From: Gammaproteobacteria bacterium bin55
Lineage (GTDB): Bacteria; Pseudomonadota; Gammaproteobacteria; Pseudomonadales; Azotimanducaceae
Direction of reading: 5' to 3'
NCBI GenBank assembly: GCA_002238665.1
Contig: MPMU01000001.1
Coordinates: forward strand, 25,075 to 89,074
Length of the DNA stretch: 64,000 nt
In this document: positions 55,387-63,989 of the stretch, in pieces
Layout of the letters: every line of letters begins with the position of its first letter
Numbering within the stretch: the first letter of the stretch is position 1
The notes under the pieces: generated by a model
What the model saw: the letters and a program-made list of their open reading frames with translations, nothing else
Told to the model about the DNA's origin: nothing
The model's database searches: none
Translations under genes and position numbers: made by a program

Positions 55387-56559
55387 ATGACGGGCGAAGT
55401 CACCTATACGAACGTCCGACTATGGGACGGTATCGCAAGTGAGTACTCGGAACACTCAAGTGTTACTGTAAAAGACGGGATTATCCAGAACATAGGTGTA
55501 AATCGTGGTGAAGTCAGGGATTATTCGGGCTTGACCTGTATTCCAGGATTGATCGACGCTCATGTGCATATGACAGTCGATCCCGCGATCCCTGGCATAG
55601 AAGAGCAACTGAAACAGTCAAAATCCGAAATTTGCTCGAAAATGCGCGACCGAGCTAAATCAATGGTGCTCGCAGGAATCACTACAGCACGAGATCTTGG
55701 CGGTGGTGATTGGTTGGAACTGGAACTTAGGGATCAGATTAATAAAAACGAGGTTATCGGGCCTCGATTACTTTGCGCTGGACGACCAATTACTTCCCCG
55801 AAAGGTCATTGCTACTTTTGGCACGGTGAATGTTCAAGTGTTAGCGCTGCCTCGAAGCTGATCGACAAGAACATTCGAAAGGGTGTCGATCTGATCAAGA
55901 TCATGGCTACTGGTGGGGTCTATACCAAAGGTACCGATATTAGTAAGTCTCAGTTTTCCCAACCGGATTTGAGCTCGTTTGTCAACTACGCAAACTCGAA
56001 AGGGTTAGATGTCGCCGCCCACTGTCATGGCACCCAAGGTATTTGCTTCGCCGCATATGCCGGGGTAAATACGATTGAACACTGTTCGTGGCGAAACGCA
56101 GATTTTTCAAAAGGACCTGCAGACTTAGGTGCAGTTCAGCACATGGCACGCGAAAATGTTTATGTTTCGCCGACGATACACTCAGGCTGGGAGAAATTCA
56201 AAGGTAAAGACAATAAGAATCTTGAACAGACTCGAGAAATCATTCGAGAAATGAAAGGACTCGGAGCTGTATTCATAGCATCCACCGATGCTGGAATACC
56301 TAATGTCTATCACAACGACTTGCCGAAGGCTTTACCTGTGTTCGCAGAGTATGCCGATTTTTTACCTCGGGAGGTCTTAAAGTCAGCTACGAGCGTATCA
56401 GCAAAAGCACTTAAAATGTCACACCGTACAGGATCTATCAGACCAGGTCTGGCCGCGGATTTGGTGTTCGTTGAAGGCGATCCTTTGGAGGACCTACGGG
56501 CACTGAAAAACGTAAAACTCGTAGTAGCAACAGGACAGGAATTTTTAGGAGAAAATTGA
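55387..56559 (+). CDS. Amidohydrolase family (metal-dependent) hydrolase
   Basis: PGLIDAHVHM metal-binding motif. 390 aa. Confidence 0.8.
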   Translation: MTGEVTYTNVRLWDGIASEYSEHSSVTVKDGIIQNIGVNRGEVRDYSGLTCIPGLIDAHVHMTVDPAIPGIEEQLKQSKSEICSKMRDRAKSMVLAGITTARDLGGGDWLELELRDQINKNEVIGPRLLCAGRPITSPKGHCYFWHGECSSVSAASKLIDKNIRKGVDLIKIMATGGVYTKGTDISKSQFSQPDLSSFVNYANSKGLDVAAHCHGTQGICFAAYAGVNTIEHCSWRNADFSKGPADLGAVQHMARENVYVSPTIHSGWEKFKGKDNKNLEQTREIIREMKGLGAVFIASTDAGIPNVYHNDLPKALPVFAEYADFLPREVLKSATSVSAKALKMSHRTGSIRPGLAADLVFVEGDPLEDLRALKNVKLVVATGQEFLGEN

Positions 56560-56560
56560 A

Positions 56561-57706
56561 GTGGACTTTCGAGCAGAGACGCGCGCATTTATTGAAGAAC
56601 ATTGTCCTGAGTCGATCCGCAAAGGTGGGTCAGTATCGGACGAAGAGCGTCAAGGATGGCGATCAACCTATTTCGAGAAAGGTTGGTCTGCACCTACTTG
56701 GCCAACCAAGTATGGCGGCGCAGGTCTAGACGGGCTGGATGTCAGAGTTTTACAGGAAGAACTTTCCAGAACAAGAGCTTGGGTACCTGCCGGCGGTATG
56801 GGACTCACCATGATCGGTCCAGCTCTGTTGGAATATGGCACGGAAGAACAGTGTTATGAACACCTACCGAAAATCGTTCGACAGGAAATCGTTTGGTGTC
56901 AAGGTTATAGTGAACCAGGCTCTGGTTCGGACCTAGCGAGTCTTAAAACAAAAGCAGTATCCGATGGTGATGATTACATCATCAACGGTTCCAAAATTTG
57001 GACGTCTGGTGCTGATCAAGCCGACTGGATTTTTTGCCTCGTGCGTACAGACCCCAACGCGCCGAAACACGAAGGTATTACGTTCATTGTTTTCAGCATG
57101 CACTCTCCAGGGGTGACTGTGAAGCCGATCCTTTTGATCAGTGGTGCATCTCCGTTCTGTCAGACATTTTTCGATGATGTACGTGTGCCAAAGCGCAACG
57201 TCATCGGTACGGTCAATAAAGGTTGGACTGTCGCGAAGCGACTTTTGCAATATGAGAGAACATCGATCGGTGGCATGGGATCAGGTGGAGCAACCGGTCC
57301 ACGCGCACGAACGATCGCAGATATTGCGAAAGAATATGTCGGTGAAGAAGACGGCAAGATTGCTGATCCAGAATTCCGTGAGAAAGTCATCAATCACCAA
57401 TTAAACGGTCATGCTTACGGTCTTACTACACGACGGTCTGGAGAGGAAGGAAAAGCTGGTATTGCACCAACTTTCATGTCGTCGTTATTCAAGTACTACG
57501 GCACTGAGCAGAACAAGAACAGACTTGATTTGCTGGTAAATATGCTCGGCCATGACGCACTCGGTTGGACGGGTGAAACCTTTGATCGCGCAAATCTTGG
57601 CGTTACGAGGGAGTGGTTGCGATCAAAAGCTAACTCTATTGAGGGTGGAACCTCAGAAGTGCAGCTGAACATCATTTCAAAACGCATCTTGGGTCTCCCA
57701 GACTAG
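56561..57706 (+). CDS. Acyl-CoA dehydrogenase
   Basis: Motifs GYSEPGSGSDLASLKT and EGGTSEVQLNIISKRILGLP. GTG start 1 nt after the previous stop, with an AGGAG RBS. Confidence 0.85.
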   Translation: MDFRAETRAFIEEHCPESIRKGGSVSDEERQGWRSTYFEKGWSAPTWPTKYGGAGLDGLDVRVLQEELSRTRAWVPAGGMGLTMIGPALLEYGTEEQCYEHLPKIVRQEIVWCQGYSEPGSGSDLASLKTKAVSDGDDYIINGSKIWTSGADQADWIFCLVRTDPNAPKHEGITFIVFSMHSPGVTVKPILLISGASPFCQTFFDDVRVPKRNVIGTVNKGWTVAKRLLQYERTSIGGMGSGGATGPRARTIADIAKEYVGEEDGKIADPEFREKVINHQLNGHAYGLTTRRSGEEGKAGIAPTFMSSLFKYYGTEQNKNRLDLLVNMLGHDALGWTGETFDRANLGVTREWLRSKANSIEGGTSEVQLNIISKRILGLPD

Positions 57707-57785
57707 CCCAGTTTCTTTTTTTGTGTCGGAATGTCAGGCAACCCATTCCTTGCTTGGCGATTCCGATTTCACCTAGGGACTTTGC

Positions 57786-59018
57786 ATGGTTCCGATAACG
57801 TCGAATGTCCTTGAGTCGTTAAGACAACGATCTCACTTCGGTTTTCTGATCGTGTGTAGCATCGCCGTGCCTATTGGCATGTCGGTGTGGTCATCTTTGA
57901 TCAATAACTATGCAGTCGAGCAGATCGGGTTCACAGGCCTGGAAAACGGCATTATGCAAAGCTTGCGTGAGGTGCCTGGATTTCTCGCGTTTACTGCCGT
58001 TTTCATTTTGTTGGTCTGTCGTGAACAGACCTTTGTAATCGTATTTCTCGCAGTTTTCGGTCTCGGAATAACCTTGACGGGATTCTTCCCAACCGTCTAT
58101 GGGTTGTATTTCACGGTGGTCCTGATGTCGATTGGATTCCATTATTTGGAAACTGGTCGTCAATCTCTTGCGCTCCAGTGGTTACCAAAAGGTGATGCAC
58201 CAAGGTTGCTTGGCAAGCTGATTTCAATTGGTGCAATGGCTTCGTTTATCACCTACGGACTGCTCTGGGTGATCCTCGAATTGACATCCATCGACTATTA
58301 CCTCGTATATCTGATCGGTGGAGGTGCTGTATTGGTGTGTGCATTGGTTCTCAAGGCACACTTCCCTAGGATCGAGTCTGAAGTCGTGCAGCGGAAGCAA
58401 ATCATCCTACGCTCAAGGTATTGGCTCTACTATGCATTGACTTTCTTCAGTGGCGCTCGACGCCAGATTTACGTCGCCTTCGCAGGATTCCTTCTCGTTG
58501 AGAAATTTGGCTACAGTGTCGAGAATATGGCATTGCTATTGTTGATCAACCATGTGGTCAACTATCTTTTCGCCGAGAGAATGGGCGCGTGGATTGGAAG
58601 AGTCAGTGAGAGAACCGCCTTGACCGTCGAATACATAGGACTCATTGGTGTATTCGTTTCATATGCTTTCGTCGAATCTGCTTTACTTGCGGGTGGACTC
58701 TATGTCATCGACCATTTCTTCTTCGTATTGGCAATTGCGATCAAGACTTACTTCCAGAAGATTGCGGACCCTGCTGACATTGCTTCTACAGTAAGTGTTT
58801 CATTCACAATCAACCACATGGCGGCCGTTGTGATCCCTGCATTACTCGGGATTGCTTGGTTAACTTCACACAGTATTGTTTTCTTGATCGGCGCGGCTTT
58901 TGCTTTCTGCTCTTTGGTGCTTGCACGATTTGTTCCTCGCAATCCCACGCAAGGACACGAGACTTTACTTTCGCCCAGAATCGGTCCACCAGAAGTCTTG
59001 GGAGAGGTCACAAGGTAG
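57786..59018 (+). CDS. MFS-type transporter
   Basis: 410 aa with about 12 hydrophobic helices arranged 6+6 around a central basic loop. Confidence 0.65.
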   Translation: MVPITSNVLESLRQRSHFGFLIVCSIAVPIGMSVWSSLINNYAVEQIGFTGLENGIMQSLREVPGFLAFTAVFILLVCREQTFVIVFLAVFGLGITLTGFFPTVYGLYFTVVLMSIGFHYLETGRQSLALQWLPKGDAPRLLGKLISIGAMASFITYGLLWVILELTSIDYYLVYLIGGGAVLVCALVLKAHFPRIESEVVQRKQIILRSRYWLYYALTFFSGARRQIYVAFAGFLLVEKFGYSVENMALLLLINHVVNYLFAERMGAWIGRVSERTALTVEYIGLIGVFVSYAFVESALLAGGLYVIDHFFFVLAIAIKTYFQKIADPADIASTVSVSFTINHMAAVVIPALLGIAWLTSHSIVFLIGAAFAFCSLVLARFVPRNPTQGHETLLSPRIGPPEVLGEVTR

Positions 59019-59093
59019 GAAATCTACCCAGCAGAATTCTCCCTTGCATATACACTAACCAGCCGATTTCGCACCTTTTGTTGAATTGAAAAA

Positions 59094-60278
59094 ATGTCAG
59101 AGCTACCTTTAGCTGGATTAAAAGTACTTGATCTAACCATTGCGCGAGCTGGTCCAACCGCGGTCCGTCTGTTAACAGATTGGGGCGCTGACGTCTTCAA
59201 GCTAGAACCACCCCCATCGGATCCAGGTTCGATCACTGGAGGGAGACATGGACCAGACGAGCAGAATCTTCATCGAAATAAACGAGGCATCTGTCTTAAT
59301 CTAAAGAATGAAGCAGGGTACGAAGCTTTTCTGCAAATGGTTGAGCAAGTCGATATTTTCGTTGAAAACTTCCGCGCTCCAGTAAAAGCAAAGCTCAAAA
59401 TTGACTACGAAACACTTAGTGCGATCAATCCTCGGTTGATTTATGCGAGTATTTCCGGTTTCGGTCAAGAAGGGCCATATTCTGATCGTGCAGGCGTCGA
59501 TCAAATCGTCCAGGGCATGAGCGGCTTGATGTCCATTACTGGTCAGAAAGGTGGAGAGCCAACTCGAGCAGGGATTGCTATCAGCGATACGACCGCCGGA
59601 ATGTTCTTGGCTCAAGGCATCCTATTAGCTCTCATCAGTCGAACTACGAGCGGCAAAGGCCAATGGGTTCACACATCGTTGCTGGAAGGGATGCTATGTA
59701 AGTTGGATTTTCAGGGTGCACGCTACACCATGAGAGGCGATATTCCTCAGACACAAGGTAACAATCACCCCACTAGTTTTCCGATGGGAACGTTCAAGTG
59801 TAAGGACGGTTACATCAATCTTGCCGCTCCAACCGACAGGATGTGGTACCGCTTTTTGGATGCAATTGACGATAATGAATTGCGTTCAGACCCGTTATTC
59901 AGTTCTGTTCGTAACCGAATGAAAAACAAAGATAAATTAGAGACTTCTATGAACTCAGTACTTCAGAAGTTCGATGTTGCGACGCTTGTCGAACGAGTCA
60001 ATAAGGTAGGTGTACCGTGTGGCCCTATATTCAATGTAGGTGAAGCATTTGAAGACACACAAGCAAAATTTCTGAAGATGACAAAACCGGCAAAGCATCG
60101 GACGATAGGGGAGGTAAACCTAATTCGTTCACCGATTAATATGTCAGCGCATCCGCATACAGAAACTTTCGATTCAGCTGCGCCTGATCCAGGTGAGCAC
60201 ACAGCTGAGGTGCTTGCCGAATTTGGATTTGTGCAAGAGCAAATAGAAGAGCTCTATTCCGTAGGTGCAGTGAGCTAA
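59094..60278 (+). CDS. Family III CoA-transferase (CaiB/BaiF type)
   Basis: Motifs LAGLKVLDLTIARAGPTAVRLLTDWGADVFKLEPP and GFGQEGPY. 394 aa. Confidence 0.9.
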   Translation: MSELPLAGLKVLDLTIARAGPTAVRLLTDWGADVFKLEPPPSDPGSITGGRHGPDEQNLHRNKRGICLNLKNEAGYEAFLQMVEQVDIFVENFRAPVKAKLKIDYETLSAINPRLIYASISGFGQEGPYSDRAGVDQIVQGMSGLMSITGQKGGEPTRAGIAISDTTAGMFLAQGILLALISRTTSGKGQWVHTSLLEGMLCKLDFQGARYTMRGDIPQTQGNNHPTSFPMGTFKCKDGYINLAAPTDRMWYRFLDAIDDNELRSDPLFSSVRNRMKNKDKLETSMNSVLQKFDVATLVERVNKVGVPCGPIFNVGEAFEDTQAKFLKMTKPAKHRTIGEVNLIRSPINMSAHPHTETFDSAAPDPGEHTAEVLAEFGFVQEQIEELYSVGAVS

Positions 60279-60303
60279 AACTGACAAATACTGTCAGTGA
60301 AAC

Positions 60304-60340
60304 AAAAAAAGCACCGAATGACTTACTGTCACACGGTGCT
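60304..60340 (-). terminator. Rho-independent terminator ending the minus-strand RraA-like/redoxin/UGSC operon
   Basis: On the minus strand: AGCACCG..TGAC..GTCA..CGGTGCT stem followed by TTTTTTT (A7 at 60304-60310). Confidence 0.6.
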
Positions 60341-60385
60341 CAGTAATTCGCAAACTCTTGTGATTGCTTAGATCAACACTTTCAC

Positions 60386-60925
60386 CTAGTTTCCGTTGCC
60401 GCCTTCGTTAGCAACCAAAGCATCAACGACGAGCGACAAACACTCATCTGCTTTTGATTGCATCTCTTCGTCGGTAGCATCCTGAATTGGATGAGGGACA
60501 AAGACACAAGGTGCACTCTTCAACCCCAGCGCTGTTGCTTGAGTTGCTGCTGCTGTTTTAAATTCGCTCGAGGCGATTGTTACTGCTGGAATCCCTTGGA
60601 TTTCAAACCATACCGTATCATGCAAACTGCACGTAGTACAGGATCCTCAGTCAGCGAGAGCTTCGACGACAAGGTCGGCTTGGCTCTTTATCTCCTTACG
60701 AAGCTGATCTGGAGCAGGTTTTGTGAAAGTGGGTTTCGCATATCTGGTCACCTCAACTTTCGGGTACTTCTCACTTAATAGATGCTCAAGACGATCTAGA
60801 AGTACGTTACCTCTAGGTTTCCTGATATCTAATAACGCTAACCGACCTTTTAACTCAGATGTTCTCGATGCCAATTGGCGTTCGATTGGTCTGCGTTCGT
60901 CAGTCGGGTCCAAAATGGTGGTCAT
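60386..60925 (-). CDS. UGSC-family predicted selenoprotein (in-frame TGA at 60647-60649 read as Sec)
   Basis: Track ORFs 60647..60925 and 60386..60625 share one frame and are separated only by a TGA. Read-through gives ...VVEALAD-U-GSCTTCSLHDTVW. There is a single AGGAGG RBS (60933-60938) with an ATG, and a single terminator. Confidence 0.7.
60608..60641 (-). promoter_or_regulatory. SECIS-like stem-loop immediately 3' of the in-frame UGA
   Basis: mRNA CUGUACUACGUGCAGUUUGCAUGAUACGGUAUGG starts 5 nt after the UGA. It folds to about 13-14 bp interrupted by a bulged A and a 2-nt bulge. The apical loop contains GUU about 19 nt from the UGA. Confidence 0.5.
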
Positions 60926-60952
60926 TCCGAATCCTCCTTGGTTATTAAGAAA

Positions 60953-62506
60953 TTATGACTCAATTTTCTTGGAGACTGGGATGGAGCCCATAGGTCCACT
61001 TGCCCAGCCATGGAATGCTGCGGAGAATTTTCCTGCATCTGACCCCGCAACAAAGATATGTATGTTATCTACCGAGGAAAACTTGGGCACCTTCGTTTGC
61101 CTCTTTTCTTCAGACATTTGCTCGTAAAGTGCTCTAGGTATTCCTACTCCACTGAAATCGTCCTCGACTAACTCCTGCGGTAGTACGGCACTCTTTTCCT
61201 GAATTCCTTCCTTTACATCCTGCTTCGAGTAGTTTTGTGTAGCTAGCGTGTCAACGTGTTCCGGACAAATCACGAGGATAGTGTCACCATTTCGATGTGC
61301 TCGCACATGGTGGATAGCTCGCATGGACAGCGCAAAACTCCCGATTAACTGTTCAGCGGATCTAGATGTCTGATCGATAATCTGCATCGGTCCACCTGAC
61401 ATAGCAAACACTGAGACAACAGAATCATCTTTTTGGAATCCCTTCTCGACGTGGTAGGGGTCCCAGTTGCTACGTTCTTCCCACTCAGCGAAACACATTG
61501 TGTATTTCATTGGGTTTCCGAGGGTTGATCTTTCGGTACCGCCTGGTTGAGCACCACCAATATTTCGGATCGCCAATCTAACGGCTCGACCGATCGCGGC
61601 ATTTGTACGCGTGCCTTGCCCTAAGGCTGACATTTTCATATTGACACCGATTTCGTGGCGAATCGGTCCATTCAACACCATGACTGGTGTAGCTCCCATC
61701 GTGGTTGCGAAGACACCGTGACAGTTGAACTCATCATTGCAAATAGCTTCAATCGTTGAGATTACTACCGGCAGGTATTCTGGCTTGCAACCTGCTAGTA
61801 CGGCATTCACCGCAATTTTCTCAACCGTTGCCGGCGCTAAGTTCGGAGGGATAGTCGCAACGAGTTCCTGTGGTTCACGGTTTGTTCCCGATAGCATCCG
61901 AATGACTCGTTCGGGAGTTGGTGGGACAACCGGTAGTCCATCCGTGAATCCTTGATCAAACATGAATTCATGGATGTCATCCTGTGAAGCGATTTCGAGT
62001 CGCCTTGCCCGAAGAGGACTATTCTCAGATTCCGCGCGGAGTCGATCTTGGATTATGGGATCCTGTGTAAGTGATCCACAACCGGGTCGCCATTCCGGTA
62101 ATTGGTCCCAATCGATCTCTGTGGATGGAAAGTGTTTCTCGAAAAACGTTCGCCATTCCTGTCTCTCAAATCCAATTAACTCATCTAATTTTTCACCGTT
62201 TGAATCCGCTAAGAAACAGTGGGGAACCGTTTCGAGATCGTAAGCGAATGAGACCTTTAGTATTGAGTCATCTAAAAGGGGAGCAGTAAGCTCATGATTC
62301 TTTACAAGAATCTCGTTGCCTTCCTGCGTTTGACCCGGTACCAAGACTCGAGTGCCAGAACTATCGTGAACCTTTTGAATGAGAGGAAGGACTAGATTAC
62401 AAGTAGGGCAATCCTCTTTGACAAAGCAGACAAAAGTTGCTTGGTTGTCAGGGAAGTGATGATCAGAACCATTCTGGTCAACGAGTTGAAAAGCTGGTAG
62501 TTCCAT
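60953..62506 (-). CDS. Redoxin/thioredoxin-like (CPTC) domain fused to a large uncharacterised domain
   Basis: N-terminal roughly 130 aa are TlpA/redoxin-like (FVCFVKEDCPTCNLVLPLI). The remaining roughly 380 aa (DGLPVVPPT..., NAAIGRAVRLAIRNIGG) match no family I can name. Confidence 0.6.
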   Translation of the reverse strand: MELPAFQLVDQNGSDHHFPDNQATFVCFVKEDCPTCNLVLPLIQKVHDSSGTRVLVPGQTQEGNEILVKNHELTAPLLDDSILKVSFAYDLETVPHCFLADSNGEKLDELIGFERQEWRTFFEKHFPSTEIDWDQLPEWRPGCGSLTQDPIIQDRLRAESENSPLRARRLEIASQDDIHEFMFDQGFTDGLPVVPPTPERVIRMLSGTNREPQELVATIPPNLAPATVEKIAVNAVLAGCKPEYLPVVISTIEAICNDEFNCHGVFATTMGATPVMVLNGPIRHEIGVNMKMSALGQGTRTNAAIGRAVRLAIRNIGGAQPGGTERSTLGNPMKYTMCFAEWEERSNWDPYHVEKGFQKDDSVVSVFAMSGGPMQIIDQTSRSAEQLIGSFALSMRAIHHVRAHRNGDTILVICPEHVDTLATQNYSKQDVKEGIQEKSAVLPQELVEDDFSGVGIPRALYEQMSEEKRQTKVPKFSSVDNIHIFVAGSDAGKFSAAFHGWASGPMGSIPVSKKIES

Positions 62507-62510
62507 CGGA

Positions 62511-63200
62511 TTAGTGTATCTCTGCTGAATCGCCCCAAGCTTTACGCAGGCGAGCCATATTGAATCCTTCTTCTTGCGCTGCGTCGATGATTACCCGTTC
62601 CTTCCGAGCGATCGCGGCGGCGGCTTCAGGCACGTCTGCTGCAACATCCTTCGGAATGATTACTGCACCATGTTGATCTGCGTGAACTAATTCTGTATCG
62701 CTCACTCGCATACCTGACACATTGATGTCTATTCCGTATGCAACGACATGAACAAACGCGTGTGATGGGCCAACTCGGTCAGCCAGCATCTGAAATCCTG
62801 GAGCTATATCGGGGAGATCTCTGACACTGCCATCGGTGACCAATCCCAAGCAACCGAGACCTTTGTGGATATTGCTGTTCACTTCACCCCAAAACGAACC
62901 ATATCCTCGTGCCTCGCCATCTAAGTCTTGGATAAGAATGATTGCTGGTTTTGGTCCTTCATCGATATATGCATAGTAATCTTGAGAGACGTTTTTGGTG
63001 TCAGCCGGGTGCGCAGCTCGGATGGTTGCAGTTCGCGCGAATCCCACCATGCTACCTAGTTCCGGCCGAGTACACACCAGTGGTTGTGTTGTATAACCAA
63101 AGCCCCTTCGTTGAGGTACGACGGTTTCCAACGCGTTGCAAACGGTAGGTGTATCTAGCTTAGTGAGTTCGGCTAAAAGAGCCGCATCAATTTCAGACAT
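62511..63200 (-). CDS. RraA-like / HMG-CHA aldolase-oxaloacetate decarboxylase family protein
   Basis: Motifs TPTVCNALE, WGEVNSNIHKGLGCLGLVTDGSVRDL and VHADQHGAVIIP. ATG 63200 is preferred; an in-frame TTG lies at 63221. Confidence 0.8.
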   Translation of the reverse strand: MSEIDAALLAELTKLDTPTVCNALETVVPQRRGFGYTTQPLVCTRPELGSMVGFARTATIRAAHPADTKNVSQDYYAYIDEGPKPAIILIQDLDGEARGYGSFWGEVNSNIHKGLGCLGLVTDGSVRDLPDIAPGFQMLADRVGPSHAFVHVVAYGIDINVSGMRVSDTELVHADQHGAVIIPKDVAADVPEAAAAIARKERVIIDAAQEEGFNMARLRKAWGDSAEIH

Positions 63201-63279
63201 ATAACTGTATCCTGCTGGCAATGAAACTTGATTCCGACAGGGTTACTAACCCTTCGGCGAAAAAAAGATTGTAGGAGTT

Positions 63280-63308
63280 TTGCGATTGATAAATCCATTC
63301 AATAAAAT
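63280..63308 (+). promoter_or_regulatory. Sigma-70-type promoter for the tRNA-Val/tRNA-Asp pair
   Basis: TTGCGA-N17-TAAAAT, with the -10 element ending 12 nt before the tRNA-Val 5' end. Confidence 0.5.
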
Positions 63309-63320
63309 TCAACTTCATAT

Positions 63321-63395
63321 GGGTGTTTAGCTCAGTGGGAGAGCAATGGCCTTACAAGCCATAGGTCGTAGGTTCAAGTCCTACAACACCCACCA
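63321..63395 (+). tRNA. tRNA-Val (anticodon UAC)
   Basis: Acceptor GGGTGTT/AACACCC, anticodon loop CTTACAA, T-loop TTCAAGT, encoded CCA. Confidence 0.9.
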
Positions 63396-63418
63396 ATTCC
63401 TCACCGTGTTTCTAGGTA

Positions 63419-63495
63419 GGAGCGGTAGTTCAGCTGGTTAGAATACTGGCCTGTCACGCCAGTGGTCGCGGGTTCGAGTCCCGTCCGCTCCGCCA
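63419..63495 (+). tRNA. tRNA-Asp (anticodon GUC)
   Basis: Acceptor GGAGCGG/CCGCTCC, anticodon loop CTGTCAC, T-loop TTCGAGT, encoded CCA. Confidence 0.9.
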
Positions 63496-63689
63496 TCAAT
63501 TCGAAAATCGGCCTTATTCTGATCGACAATCCAACGAAAGTCGTTTCGTTACACTGCTAGTCGTCAGATCGAAAACCACGATTTCTGCTTTTCTACCAAT
63601 GCTACTTCTAGGACTAAGTGTGAAATCCAGGCGAGCTCTCTTTTAACGTCTTTCCCGTTGGCACCTACCTATCCTGAGTGTTGAAGAAG

Positions 63690-63989
63690 CTAGGCGGTTG
63701 CGTTGAGCAAGTCTGAATCAAGAAAGATATGTGGACCCTGTGTCCTTTGTCTCTCAGTTGTTGGCGTGTCCTGAGTTTGTACCTTTATCACGCATTCTCC
63801 AACTTCCTCTGACGATAGATTTAGGTTTCTCATCATTAACAGAGGGGCAACCTCCATTATTGCTTTCACAATGCCGCGGGGTGTTTTGGCTTCTAAGGTC
63901 AATCCTGGAATGTCGGAGCTACTGCCCACCAACATTCCGCTTTCCTCACACTTTAAAACGTTCACAAGATAGCTCGTTGGCTGTCCCAT
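63690..63989 (-). CDS. DUF1902 / HicB-like fold small protein
   Basis: YLVNVLKCEESGMLVGSSSDIPGLTLEAKTPRGIVKAIMEVAPLLMMRN resembles the DUF1902 pattern (..VA.S.D.PGL.TEA.T...L). ATG 63989 is preceded by GAGGA. Confidence 0.5.
   Translation of the reverse strand: MGQPTSYLVNVLKCEESGMLVGSSSDIPGLTLEAKTPRGIVKAIMEVAPLLMMRNLNLSSEEVGECVIKVQTQDTPTTERQRTQGPHIFLDSDLLNATA

Noticed and set aside
60386-60925. Treating 60647..60925 and 60386..60625 as two separate small genes, or as a pseudogene with a nonsense mutation
   Set aside because: The second piece has no RBS and no ATG (TTG only). The two pieces are exactly in frame. The break falls precisely before GSC in a UxxCxxC context, and a hairpin follows. 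A pseudogene remains the fallback if the genome lacks Sec machinery.
60723-61127. 134-aa plus-strand ORF
   Set aside because: It is antisense across the junction of the UGSC gene and the redoxin-fusion gene. It has no start context.
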